Assembly (NCBI GenBank): GCA_018715685.1
Contig: DVLC01000121.1
Location: 1 to 60,468, forward strand
Direction: 5' to 3'
DNA length: 60,468 nt
Origin: Candidatus Cryptobacteroides merdipullorum
Lineage (GTDB): Bacteria; Bacteroidota; Bacteroidia; Bacteroidales; UBA932
The notes beneath the pieces are model-generated. The model did not search any database. It saw nothing but the letters and a program-made list of their open reading frames with translations, and was not told the origin of the DNA. Position 1 is the first letter of the stretch. The number at the start of each line of letters is the position of its first letter. The position numbers were made by a program, and so were the translations under genes. Below are positions 31,883 to 41,371 of this stretch, in pieces.

Positions 31883-32032
31883 TGTGCGGCAGTATCCGCT
31901 ATTACTTTGACAATCAGCGCATTGAATCTCAAGACCGCACACGCAGCGGGGTTTCGAAGGCCTCTTCGTGTGCGAGGCAAAGTCAGACTCAATTGACAAT
32001 CAATAATTTGGCGCTTCGTGCCGCACACGCAG
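31883..32032. repeat. Two-unit degenerate tandem repeat, period 86 bp
   Basis: TGTGCG (31883/31969), TTGACAATCA (31907/31993) and CCGCACACGCAG (31935/32021) all recur exactly 86 bp apart. Confidence 0.75.
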
Positions 32033-32499
32033 ATTTTTTGTTGAGCCAAAGTCCACCGGCGGGCCGCTTTGTATGAGTTTGTGTCGGATGGATAATCAAC
32101 GTCTGTCAGTATTTTTCAACACTGTCATTGAATTCCGGTCCGACGAAATCCGACTCTGCGGCCAGAGACTGGGACCGTCGTGAAAAACATCGGTCGCAGC
32201 ATCATTGGAAATACGCTGCAGAAAGGATACAACTGCGACCAGCCACTCGGATTCCGGGTGACCGGTAACGCCTGCCGGCCATTCACGCATGTCAGAAGTC
32301 AGCCGCCGTGACCCGTGTTTTGCAGAATCCAGCGACTCCGTCGGACAAAACCTTTAAACCGCTCATGAGTACAAAACCGCCTGAACGGATTTTCATTCAG
32401 TAAGAACCACAAAAATCGAGAATCCACCGAAAGCAGCGGAGCCGGCGACTGCAGCAGCAGCGCAGGTCGAGTCAACGCGAGCGTTGGCAATGAACAGAT

Positions 32500-32530
32500 C
32501 AGACATTGTAGCCTCTGGCTACAATGTCTG
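32500..32530 (-). terminator. Hairpin overlapping the kinase stop codon (possible terminator)
   Basis: Perfect 14-bp stem CAGACATTGTAGCC-tct-GGCTACAATGTCTG. Confidence 0.5.
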
Positions 32531-33511
32531 TCCGCCTATGAACTCCCTCATGATCGAAGTCGGAGGAATCGCCGCGATCTCCACCGGGCGCAGAGGCAGG
32601 ATGTCCTTCATGAAGTCAAGCAGTTCCTGCGCCTTCTCGTAGGCCGGCGACGACACGCTGATGCCGCAGAGCAGAGGCTCGGCGTAATACTTCAGCAGGG
32701 GCATGTCGTATAGAGTGGACGAATTGAACACCACGTTGGCGTTCTGGTCGAAGGGGAAGATGTATTTCTCCTCGCCGCGGCGAACCGAGGGCCAGCGCAG
32801 AATATTCTCCTCGGGGGAGATTCCGCGGGTTCGGTTGTCGCGAACAATCCGCCGGAGCAGACGCTTGTCGGTAGTCGAATTATGCTCCTTGTGACCTCCG
32901 GGCAGCGAAGACAGCGCAGAAATGTAGATACGGAAAATCTTGTCCTGCGGAATGCCCGGAGTCAGAGCCGGATTCAGGGCGTGGATACCCTCCATGAAAA
33001 GGATGTCGTTGCGCTCCAGCCTCATGGTCTCACCGGTGAACTTGCGCTCCCCCGCCACGAAATCGAACTTGGGAAGCTCCACCTCCTTACCCGACAGCAG
33101 ATCCTCCAGCTGTTCGTTCAGGAACTTGATGTCCATGGCATCCAGAGCCTCGTAGTCGCGTTCGCCGTTCTCATCGAGAGGAGTGTCCTCACGGTTGACG
33201 AAATAATTGTCAAGCTCTATGACCTTGGGGTTGAGGCCGAGCACCCTCGCCTGCTGGGCTATCCTCAGCGAGGAACTGGTCTTGCCGCTCGAAGAAGGGC
33301 CCGACATCATCACTATCGGACATCTGCGGCGGTTCCAGAATATCTGGTCGGCGGCCTGGGCATACTTGCGCTCCTGACGGGCCTCACACAAATTGATCAG
33401 ATCTATCGCCTCTCCTTCCAGAAGCGTCTCGTTGAGCTTTTCGATGGTGTCTATTCCTATCGCCTGACACCAGTCGGCATATTCCTGCCTTGCGGCCTCG
33501 ATTTTATTCAT
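32519..33511 (-). CDS. Uridine kinase/phosphoribulokinase-family nucleoside kinase
   Basis: SGPSSSGKT, LDNYF, EGIHALNP, RLLRRIVRD, WPSVRRGE, SIMREFIGG. True start MNKIE overlaps the uvrA stop (ATGA). Confidence 0.88.
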   Translation of the reverse strand: MNKIEAARQEYADWCQAIGIDTIEKLNETLLEGEAIDLINLCEARQERKYAQAADQIFWNRRRCPIVMMSGPSSSGKTSSSLRIAQQARVLGLNPKVIELDNYFVNREDTPLDENGERDYEALDAMDIKFLNEQLEDLLSGKEVELPKFDFVAGERKFTGETMRLERNDILFMEGIHALNPALTPGIPQDKIFRIYISALSSLPGGHKEHNSTTDKRLLRRIVRDNRTRGISPEENILRWPSVRRGEEKYIFPFDQNANVVFNSSTLYDMPLLKYYAEPLLCGISVSSPAYEKAQELLDFMKDILPLRPVEIAAIPPTSIMREFIGGQTL

Positions 33512-36219
33512 AAAACTTCCTTTAGATATTTTCCAGTCACAGATGCCGGATCCGACGCGATTTGTTCGGGCGTTCCGCATGCAATTATCCTGCCGCCCGA
33601 CTTGCCGCCTCCGGGACCCATGTCTATCATGTAGTCGGCACATTTGAGCACGTCGAGATTGTGTTCGATGACTATTACCGTGTTGCCCTGGTCGACCAGA
33701 CGGCGGAGCACTCCCATAAGCACCTTGATGTCCTCGAAATGCAGGCCGGTAGTGGGCTCGTCGAGCATGTACAGAGTGTTGCCCGTAGCCTTGCGGAACA
33801 GCTCCGCGGCCAGCTTCATCCTTTGGCTCTCTCCCCCTGAAAGCGTGACCGACGACTGCCCGAGCTTCACATAACCCAGCCCGACATCCACGAGAGCCTT
33901 GAGCTTCGGGGCGATCTTCGGATGGGCCTTGAAGAACTCGTAGGCTTCGGCGACCGACATGTCGAGCACCTCGGATATGTTCTTCCCCCTGTACTTCACG
34001 GCGAGCGTGGCCTCGTTGTACCGGCGGCCGCGGCACTGGTCGCAGACCACGTTGACCGAAGGCAGGAAGTTCATCTCTATGACTCTGATCCCGGCACCCT
34101 TGCACTCCTCGCAGCGGCCTCCGGCCACATTGAACGAGAAGCGGCCGGCCTTGAACCCGCGCACCTTGGCGTCGGGAGTATCCTCGAAAAGCGCACGGAT
34201 GTCGGTGAACACGCCGGTGAAGGTCGCCGGATTCGAGCGCGGCGAACGGCCTATCGGGCTCTGGTCTATCTCTATGACCTTGTCGATGTTCTCCACACCC
34301 TCGACCGACGAATACGGAAGCGGTTTTCCCTTGTAATTATAGAATCGCCCCTTCAGGATGGGCATGAGCGTCTCGTTTATCAGCGTGGACTTTCCGGAAC
34401 CGCTGACTCCGGAGACGCCGACCAGCATACCGAGAGGGAAGCTGACATCTATGTTCTTGAGATTGTTGCCTCCCGCGCCGCGGAGCACCAGAGTCTTTCC
34501 GTTGCCGGAAGCCCTGACTGCCGGCGTCACATTGGGATTCACGACCGGGCGTGGAGGGCCGCTGTAGCATATCCTGCCGCCGTTCTCGCCGGCTCCGGGC
34601 CCCACGTCGACTATCCAGTCAGCCGATTTGATGGTCTCCTCGTCATGCTCCACGACTATTACGGTGTTGTGCCCGTCGCGCAGCTTCTTGAGGGAAGCGA
34701 TCAGCTTGAGATTGTCCCTCTGATGAAGTCCGATGCTCGGCTCGTCGAGTATATATATGACATTGACAAGTTTGGATCCTATCTGCGTGGCGAGCCGTAT
34801 GCGCTGGCCCTCGCCTCCGGAAAGCGTAGCTGAAGGACGGTCGAGACTCAGGTAGTCCAGACCGACGTCAAGCAGGAAACGCACCCTGTCGTTCAGTTCG
34901 CGCACTATGTCGCGGGCTATCGCGTTCTGACGCCGGTCAAGATGCGCCGGGAGTTCCGCCAGCCAGTCCGCAAGATCCGAGATCTCCATCGAGCTGACCT
35001 CCGAAATGTCCTTGCCGTCTATGCGGAAGCAGCGGGCGTTCTCGTTCAGACGGGTACCATGGCAGACCGGACACACGACCTTGTCCTCTATGTCGCCGAC
35101 CACCCCGGGCCAGTTGACCATTTCCGAAAGCGCACCTTCCCCGACCCTGAAGAACTCGTCGGAACCGTAGATCACCAGCGAGACAGCCTCGTCCGGCAAC
35201 GCGGCTATGGGCTCATGGAGCGAGAAACCGTGCTTGCGCGACATGGAACGGAGAATCTCGAACTTTTTCCCGTCACGCATGCGGCCGAGTGGCACGATTC
35301 CGCCGTCGGCTATAGAGACACTCCTGTCGGGAATTATCGAATCGATGTTCACGTCCACTACGGTGCCGAGCCCCTTGCAGTGCGGGCAATAGCCCTCCGG
35401 GGAATTGAAGGAGAACGAGTGCGGTGCGGGCTCCTGAAGGGAAAGTCCGCTGTCCGGATCGACCAGATGCTTCGAGAAATGACGCAGCGTCCCGCTCTCC
35501 ATGTCCAGAACCGCAAGAGAGCCTTTCCCGGTGGAAAGCGCGACACCCACCGAACTGCGCACACGCTTCTCGTCACCGTCCTCTGGCTTCAGCTTGTCGA
35601 CTACGAGCTCTATGAAATGGCTTTTGTAGCGGTCCACAGTCTCAACCTCAGAGAGATCGCGCATCTCTCCGTCTATGCGCACACCCGTGAAGCCTTTGCG
35701 GCGCAGCTGGTCGAACAGCTCCCGGTAATGTCCCTTCCTGCCGCGCACGAGAGGTGCGAGCAGCAGGCATTTCCGATCATGGTAGCCGCTCATTATCAGA
35801 TCGACTATCTGGGAATCCGTGTACCTGACGAGTTCCTTCCCCGTCACAGGAGAATAGGCGACGGACGCGCGGGCGTACAGCAGACGCAGGAAATCATAGA
35901 TTTCGGTTATCGTGCCTACGGTGGAGCGTGGATTGCTGCCGGTGGTCTTCTGCTCGATGGCTATCACAGGACTGAGACCGCTGATGCTTTCCACCGCAGG
36001 TTTTTCGAGTATGCCCATGAAATGCTTGGCATAGGGAGAGAGCGTGTTCATGTAGCGCCTCTGCCCCTCGGCATATATGGTGTCGAAGGCGAGCGACGAC
36101 TTGCCGCTGCCGCTGATTCCCGTGATCACGGTGAGCCTGCCCCTCGGAATGTCAACATCAACACCCTTGAGATTGTTGGCGCGCGCTCCCCGTATTTCTA
36201 TATACTTCTCCTTGTCCAT
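33508..36219 (-). CDS. uvrA: Excinuclease ABC subunit A
   Basis: Two ABC cassettes (GISGSGKSSLAFDT, LSGGEGQRIRLA, GVSGSGKSTL, LSGGESQR) and zinc fingers. Confidence 0.97.
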   Translation of the reverse strand: MDKEKYIEIRGARANNLKGVDVDIPRGRLTVITGISGSGKSSLAFDTIYAEGQRRYMNTLSPYAKHFMGILEKPAVESISGLSPVIAIEQKTTGSNPRSTVGTITEIYDFLRLLYARASVAYSPVTGKELVRYTDSQIVDLIMSGYHDRKCLLLAPLVRGRKGHYRELFDQLRRKGFTGVRIDGEMRDLSEVETVDRYKSHFIELVVDKLKPEDGDEKRVRSSVGVALSTGKGSLAVLDMESGTLRHFSKHLVDPDSGLSLQEPAPHSFSFNSPEGYCPHCKGLGTVVDVNIDSIIPDRSVSIADGGIVPLGRMRDGKKFEILRSMSRKHGFSLHEPIAALPDEAVSLVIYGSDEFFRVGEGALSEMVNWPGVVGDIEDKVVCPVCHGTRLNENARCFRIDGKDISEVSSMEISDLADWLAELPAHLDRRQNAIARDIVRELNDRVRFLLDVGLDYLSLDRPSATLSGGEGQRIRLATQIGSKLVNVIYILDEPSIGLHQRDNLKLIASLKKLRDGHNTVIVVEHDEETIKSADWIVDVGPGAGENGGRICYSGPPRPVVNPNVTPAVRASGNGKTLVLRGAGGNNLKNIDVSFPLGMLVGVSGVSGSGKSTLINETLMPILKGRFYNYKGKPLPYSSVEGVENIDKVIEIDQSPIGRSPRSNPATFTGVFTDIRALFEDTPDAKVRGFKAGRFSFNVAGGRCEECKGAGIRVIEMNFLPSVNVVCDQCRGRRYNEATLAVKYRGKNISEVLDMSVAEAYEFFKAHPKIAPKLKALVDVGLGYVKLGQSSVTLSGGESQRMKLAAELFRKATGNTLYMLDEPTTGLHFEDIKVLMGVLRRLVDQGNTVIVIEHNLDVLKCADYMIDMGPGGGKSGGRIIACGTPEQIASDPASVTGKYLKEVL

Positions 36220-36269
36220 GTGCAGAGAGAGGCAAATTTACCAAAAAATTGCATATCTTTGATTTTTGT

Positions 36270-37115
36270 ATGTGGATTTGGCTTACCCTTTTTTCAGCGA
36301 TTCTTCTGGGATCGTACGACATAGTCAAGAAGCAGGCCGTCAGAAACAACAGTGTGCTCTGGGTTCTTTTCGGAGCGACCGCGCTATCAACACTGTTCCT
36401 GACTCCGTTCTTCAGTCCGGGGCCTTTTGAAGACCACCTGAGGCTCATGGCCAAGGCGGTGCTGGTGTCATCGTCCTGGATATCCGGGCTGATCGCCATC
36501 AAGCTGCTGCCTCTGACCACGGTCAGCACGATCAAGGCGTCACGGCCGATGTTCGTGGTCATATTCTCGCTCATCATCTTCCAGGAAAGGCTCAACCTGA
36601 TGCAGTGGGGCGGAGTGCTGCTCGTGACTGCGGCGCTGTTCATGCTCGGACGCTCCAGCAAGAAGGAAGGCATCACCTTCACGAGCAACAAAGGACTCGT
36701 CTGGATGGTGGTCTCCGTGCTCACCGGAGTCGCGAGCGCCCTCTATGACAAGCACATTCTCGGCATCATGGAGCCTCTGTTCGTCCAGAGCTGGACAAAC
36801 CTCTACATCAGCGTCATCCTGGCCCTGATTCTGCTCGTCGAGCGGCTGCGCGACCGGCAGGGCTTCCGCAAGTTCCGCTGGGACTGGAAACTGCTCGTGA
36901 TCGCCGTGCTCATCACCGGCTCGGACATGCTCTACTTCTTCGCCGTGAACCAGGAGGACGCGCTGCTCTCGATAATCTCCATGATCCGCCGCTGCTCGGT
37001 GCTCATCACCTTCATCGGAGGAGCCATAATCTTCAGGGAAAACAATATAAGGGACAAGGCCATCGACCTGGCGATACTGCTCGGAGGTCTGACCTTGCTG
37101 CTGTTCGGTTCATAG
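36270..37115 (+). CDS. EamA/DMT family transporter
   Basis: About 10 TM helices in two repeats. TATCTTTG box 8 nt upstream of the ATG. Confidence 0.87.
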   Translation: MWIWLTLFSAILLGSYDIVKKQAVRNNSVLWVLFGATALSTLFLTPFFSPGPFEDHLRLMAKAVLVSSSWISGLIAIKLLPLTTVSTIKASRPMFVVIFSLIIFQERLNLMQWGGVLLVTAALFMLGRSSKKEGITFTSNKGLVWMVVSVLTGVASALYDKHILGIMEPLFVQSWTNLYISVILALILLVERLRDRQGFRKFRWDWKLLVIAVLITGSDMLYFFAVNQEDALLSIISMIRRCSVLITFIGGAIIFRENNIRDKAIDLAILLGGLTLLLFGS

Positions 37116-37143
37116 ACCGACTGCGTAAAATCACTGACGACAC

Positions 37144-38778
37144 ATGAGACATTTGAAAAAATACGCCGCCGTGCTGGCCGCCATTCTGCTGGCGGCGGGC
37201 GCTTCGGATCTTTGCGCCCAGTCGAAGAATTTCCAGCTCGGCAGATGGACGGAGACGCACGCCGCCATACTCAGGGAGCTGTCACGCTCGTATGTGGACT
37301 CCCTTCCGCTCGACAAGATGGAGCGCAGGGGCATAGACGCGATGCTCTCGGAACTCGACCCCTACACCGTATTCATCCCGGCCGAGGAGAACGAGAATCT
37401 CCAGATGATGATACAGAAGGCCTACGGAGGCATCGGGGCGGTCATATACAAGCCTGACGTGGGCGGCAACGTGATCATCAACGAGCCCTATGCCGGCTCT
37501 CCTGCGGAGAAATACGGCCTGCAGTGCGGCGACGAAATCCTCGCCATCGACGGGGAGACCGTGCACGGACTCAACTCCCAGCAGTGCAGCGACAAGATGA
37601 AGGGAGAACCGGGCACCGGCGTGGTGTTCTCGGTGAAGAAGCTGCGCACGCGCGACACGGTCGACGTCAGGGTCATCCGGGAAAAGATACGCATCCCGGA
37701 CATTGAATTCGCGGGCATGATAGACGAGACCACCGGATACATACTCCAGACCGGCTTCACCGAAGGAGTGGGCAAGGAGATGCGCGCCGAGGTCACGAAA
37801 CTCATGAAGCAGGGCATGAAGACCCTCGTGCTCGACCTGCGCGGCAACGGCGGCGGACTGCTCGACGAAGCCGCGGAAATCGTCTCGATCTTCCTGCCGA
37901 AAGGCTCGCTGGTCGTGACGGCGAAAGGCAAGGACAGCAATTCCAACTACACCGTGACCACCAGACGGGATCCCGTGTCGACGGAACTCGAGGTCATAGT
38001 CCTCGTGGATTCAGCTTCGGCTTCCGCCTCCGAAATCGTGGCCGGAGCGCTGCAGGACACCGACAGGGCCACCGTCATGGGGCAGAGGACCTTCGGAAAG
38101 GGCCTCGTGCAGAGCATACGCTCCCTCCCTTACGGCGGAGAGCTCAAGGTCACGACGGCCAAATACTACACCCCTTCCGGCCGCTGCGTACAGGCGATCG
38201 ACTACTCGCACCGCAACGAGGACGGCAGCGTGGGGCACATCCCGGATTCTCTGACCAGGGAGTTCAAGACCGCCCATGGAAGGACCGTGCGTGACGGCGG
38301 CGGCATCACTCCCGACGTGAAACTCGACCAGAAGGAATACAGCCGGCTCACCTACGCCCTGGTGGCATACGGGGTGATCGAGGAATACGTGCTCGACTAT
38401 GTGCGCAGGCACGACAGCATAGCGCCCGCGGCCGACTTCCGCTTCAGCGACGAGGACTACGAGGACTTCGTCAGCTTCGCCAAGGACAAGGAGTTCGACT
38501 ACCGCTCCACTGCCAAGGCCCTGTTCGACAGCATGAAGGAGGAACTCGACAAGGACGGTCTCAGCGAAAGCATCTCCGCCCAGCTCGACACTCTCGAAAA
38601 CGCTATCAACATCGAGAAGGAAGACTTCCTGCGTCTCAAGAAGGACGAGATCATACCTCTGATAGAGGAGGAGATAGTCGTGCGCTATTACTTCCAGCAA
38701 GCCGGCATCACCGTGCGCCTGCGCTACGACGACGCTCTGAAGCAGGCTCTCGCGAGCGAGAGAATTCCCAGATACTGA
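37144..38778 (+). CDS. S41 carboxy-terminal processing peptidase
   Basis: LDPYT, YGGIG, PDZ region, LDLRGNGGGLL, SASASEIVAGALQD, GKG, GGITPD. Confidence 0.94.
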   Translation: MRHLKKYAAVLAAILLAAGASDLCAQSKNFQLGRWTETHAAILRELSRSYVDSLPLDKMERRGIDAMLSELDPYTVFIPAEENENLQMMIQKAYGGIGAVIYKPDVGGNVIINEPYAGSPAEKYGLQCGDEILAIDGETVHGLNSQQCSDKMKGEPGTGVVFSVKKLRTRDTVDVRVIREKIRIPDIEFAGMIDETTGYILQTGFTEGVGKEMRAEVTKLMKQGMKTLVLDLRGNGGGLLDEAAEIVSIFLPKGSLVVTAKGKDSNSNYTVTTRRDPVSTELEVIVLVDSASASASEIVAGALQDTDRATVMGQRTFGKGLVQSIRSLPYGGELKVTTAKYYTPSGRCVQAIDYSHRNEDGSVGHIPDSLTREFKTAHGRTVRDGGGITPDVKLDQKEYSRLTYALVAYGVIEEYVLDYVRRHDSIAPAADFRFSDEDYEDFVSFAKDKEFDYRSTAKALFDSMKEELDKDGLSESISAQLDTLENAINIEKEDFLRLKKDEIIPLIEEEIVVRYYFQQAGITVRLRYDDALKQALASERIPRY

Positions 38779-39428
38779 TGGTATTCCACTCCGAGCTCAT
38801 AGTCCTAAACTTCACCAAGATCAAGGAGAACGCCCTGGTGCTGCACTGCCTTAGCCCCCAGTGGGGCAGGCGCGGGTTCATCGTCACCGTTCCGAAAGCT
38901 TCCGGCACCGCCCTATTCCAACCTCTGGCGATACTGGACGCCGAAGTGGTCGAGAACCCGCGCTCGGATCTCTGGAGGCTGCGCGGCATCAGCGCGAAAT
39001 ACAGCCTGGGCGGCATCAGGTCGAACATGACCAAGAACAGCATGACCATGTTCATGAGCGAAGTCCTCTACCGCACGATTCACGACGGGGATTCGGAGGA
39101 CGGACTCTACGAATGGTGCCGCAAGGCCATACTCACTCTCGACGCTCTCGACAGGGACTACGCGAACTACCACCTGCGCTTCCTGCTGGAGTTCGCTGCC
39201 GCGCTGGGATTTTCACCGTCTGCGGAAGATCTCGCCCCATTCAGCGGCGACAGGAAGGCAGAGATGGATGCGCTCGTACGCTCGGACTTCGCCTCGTGCA
39301 TGCTGCTTCCGCTTAGCGGCAAGGCCCGCGGGGACATAGCCGAAAAGCTTCTCAAATACCTCGAATTCCACACCGGCGAGCAGATAAACGTGCGCTCGCT
39401 GGCGGTGCTGAAAGAACTTTATGACTGA
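38778..39428 (+). CDS. recO: DNA repair protein RecO
   Basis: 216 aa. N-terminal OB region (IVL...E, LFQPL), FMSEVL, LGFSP, C-terminal SLAVLKELYD as in Bacteroidetes RecO. Confidence 0.8.
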   Translation: MVFHSELIVLNFTKIKENALVLHCLSPQWGRRGFIVTVPKASGTALFQPLAILDAEVVENPRSDLWRLRGISAKYSLGGIRSNMTKNSMTMFMSEVLYRTIHDGDSEDGLYEWCRKAILTLDALDRDYANYHLRFLLEFAAALGFSPSAEDLAPFSGDRKAEMDALVRSDFASCMLLPLSGKARGDIAEKLLKYLEFHTGEQINVRSLAVLKELYD

Positions 39429-40692
39429 CATGGACAGGAAAGAACTCGAAATAATGGCGCCGGCAGGCAATTTCGAATGTCTGCACGCCGCAATCCAGGG
39501 AGGCGCCGACTCCGTCTACTTCGGCGTGGGCAGGCTCAACATGCGCAGCCACTCGGCGGCCAACTTCAACCCCGAGGATCTCGCGGAGGTGGTGAGGATA
39601 TGCCGCGAAGCCGGCGTCAGGAGCTACCTGACTCTGAACATCGTGCTCTACGAGGAGGAACTCGCGGACATGCGCGCGACCCTTGACGCGGCGAAGGCGG
39701 CAGGTGTCGACGCCGTGATAGCCTCCGACATGGCGGCGATAGAATACTGCCGAAGAATCGGTCTGGAAGTCCACATCTCCACGCAGCTCTCAATCTCCAA
39801 CTCCGAAGCGCTGCGTTTCTACTCGCAGTTCGCCGACGTGGTGGTGCTCGCGAGAGAGCTCAACCTCGACCAGGTGCGCAGCATCAGCGACACTATCTCC
39901 CGCGACAATATCTGCGGCCCGTCCGGCAGGCAGGTGCGCATCGAAATGTTCGCCCACGGAGCGCTGTGCATGGCCATAAGCGGCAAATGCTACCTCTCGC
40001 TGCACAGCTACGGCGCGTCAGCGAACCGCGGTTCCTGCTACCAGATATGCCGCCGCGGCTACGAAGTCACCGACCTTGAGACCGGAAACCGGCTCGTCGT
40101 GGACAACAAATACATAATGTCCCCCAAGGATCTCTGCACCATAGAGTTCATGGACAAGATCATCGCGAGCGGAGTCAAGGTCTTCAAGATAGAGGGCCGC
40201 GCACGCTCGGCGGAATATGTGAAACGCTGCGCGAGCTGCTACCGCAGGGCCGCCGACGCCGTATGCGACGGAACCTACACTCCGGAGCTCGCCGCGGAAC
40301 TCAAGAAACAGCTCGCCGAAGTGTTCAACCGCGGATTCTGGGACGGCTACTACCAGGGTGCCTATCTCGGCCAGTGGAGCGAGGTCTACGGCTCCCAGGC
40401 CACCAGGGTCAAGATCTACTGCGGAAAGATAAGCAACTGGTTCGACCGCATCGGCGTGGCGGAAATCGCCGTGGAGTCCGTCCCCATACACCGAGGCGAC
40501 AGGCTCATGGTAACGGGTGCGACTACCGGCGTAGTGGAATTCGACGCCGCTGACCTTCGGGTCAACCTTGAAGCCGCCGATATCGCGGAAAAGGGAGTGC
40601 GCTGCTCCGTCGCCGTCGACCCTTCAATCTGCCCCGACGGCAGGCTGCGCCGCGGCGACAAAGTCTTCATCTGGCAAGAAAAGCAGCCATAG
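39421..40692 (+). CDS. Peptidase U32 family protein (Fe-S, TrhP/RlhA-like)
   Basis: EIMAPAG, GADSVYFG, HISTQ, LAREL, CX6CX15CX3C, KIEGR. Confidence 0.92.
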   Translation: MTDMDRKELEIMAPAGNFECLHAAIQGGADSVYFGVGRLNMRSHSAANFNPEDLAEVVRICREAGVRSYLTLNIVLYEEELADMRATLDAAKAAGVDAVIASDMAAIEYCRRIGLEVHISTQLSISNSEALRFYSQFADVVVLARELNLDQVRSISDTISRDNICGPSGRQVRIEMFAHGALCMAISGKCYLSLHSYGASANRGSCYQICRRGYEVTDLETGNRLVVDNKYIMSPKDLCTIEFMDKIIASGVKVFKIEGRARSAEYVKRCASCYRRAADAVCDGTYTPELAAELKKQLAEVFNRGFWDGYYQGAYLGQWSEVYGSQATRVKIYCGKISNWFDRIGVAEIAVESVPIHRGDRLMVTGATTGVVEFDAADLRVNLEAADIAEKGVRCSVAVDPSICPDGRLRRGDKVFIWQEKQP

Positions 40693-41332
40693 CCCTCAAC
40701 GCCTTGCCGCGGTGGGAGACGGCGTTCTTCGTCTCCTCGGGGAGCTCGGCGAAAGTCAGATGGCACGCTTCCGGAACGGCCGGCGCGCTTTCATCCCCGC
40801 GGAAGGAGAATCCGGACTCACCTGACCCACGGACGGGCTCCAGCTCTGTGGCATCCGGAACGAATATCGGGTCATAGCCGAAGCCGCCCTTGCCCGAACG
40901 CTCCCGGGCTATGCTCCCTTCGACCGTACCTTCGAAAAAATGCTCCTCACCGTCCATGATCAGCGTTATGACCGTGCGGAAACGTGCGCTGCGCTCCGCC
41001 GACGGCCCGAGCTTCCCGAGTTCCGAAAGCAGTTTGGACATGTTGGCCTCGCTGTCGTGGGCTTCTCCGGCATAACGCGCGGAATAGATCCCCGGGGCGC
41101 CGCCGAGAGCGTCAACCTCCAGGCCCGTGTCGTCGGCGAAGCAGGGCAGCTTCGTCAGAGCGTGGATGTGGCGGGCCTTGATCTGCGAGTTCTCCTTCAG
41201 CGTGGAGCCGTTCTCCTCCACATCGCCGTCTATCCCGAGATCTGCCGGCGAAAGGACCTCGAAGCCCTCGCCGAGAATCTCCGACGCCTCGCGGAGCTTA
41301 CCCCTGTTGGCAGTAGCAAATACGATCTTCAT
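40667..41332 (-). CDS. rdgB: Non-canonical purine NTP pyrophosphatase (Ham1/RdgB)
   Basis: FATAN.GK, ADDTGL, APGIYSARY, GFGYDPIF, SHR. Start MKIVF at 41332. Confidence 0.93.
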   Translation of the reverse strand: MKIVFATANRGKLREASEILGEGFEVLSPADLGIDGDVEENGSTLKENSQIKARHIHALTKLPCFADDTGLEVDALGGAPGIYSARYAGEAHDSEANMSKLLSELGKLGPSAERSARFRTVITLIMDGEEHFFEGTVEGSIARERSGKGGFGYDPIFVPDATELEPVRGSGESGFSFRGDESAPAVPEACHLTFAELPEETKNAVSHRGKALRAMAAFLAR

Positions 41333-41337
41333 GGCCG

Positions 41338-41366
41338 CAAAGGTAGCGGAAAAAATCATATCTTTG
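41338..41366. promoter_or_regulatory. Divergent -7 promoter boxes
   Basis: TACCTTTG on minus (41338-41345) and TATCTTTG on plus (41359-41366), each 5 nt from an ATG. Confidence 0.72.
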
Positions 41367-41371
41367 CAATT

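Noticed and set aside
31883-32032. Possible mini CRISPR array or integron attC sites
   Set aside because: Only two units, conserved blocks of 12 nt or less, no cas or integrase gene, and no RYYYAAC...GTTRRRY arrangement.
30968-32490. Short ORFs in the 1.57-kb gap
   Set aside because: No motifs, atypical composition, and they run across palindromic repeats.
30946-32518. RNase P RNA, tmRNA, tRNA or oriC in the gap
   Set aside because: I found no GAGGAAAGTCC, no tRNA-like T-arm context for the TCCACCA at 31831, and no TTATCCACA boxes by eye. An Infernal scan would settle it.
32519-34105. 528-aa ORF in the track
   Set aside because: The first ~198 codons are an alternative frame of uvrA. The kinase starts at the ATG at 33511, which overlaps the uvrA stop.
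33508-36219. UvrA slightly shorter than typical
   Set aside because: All ATPase and zinc motifs are present. The shortening appears limited to loops, so it is not a pseudogene.
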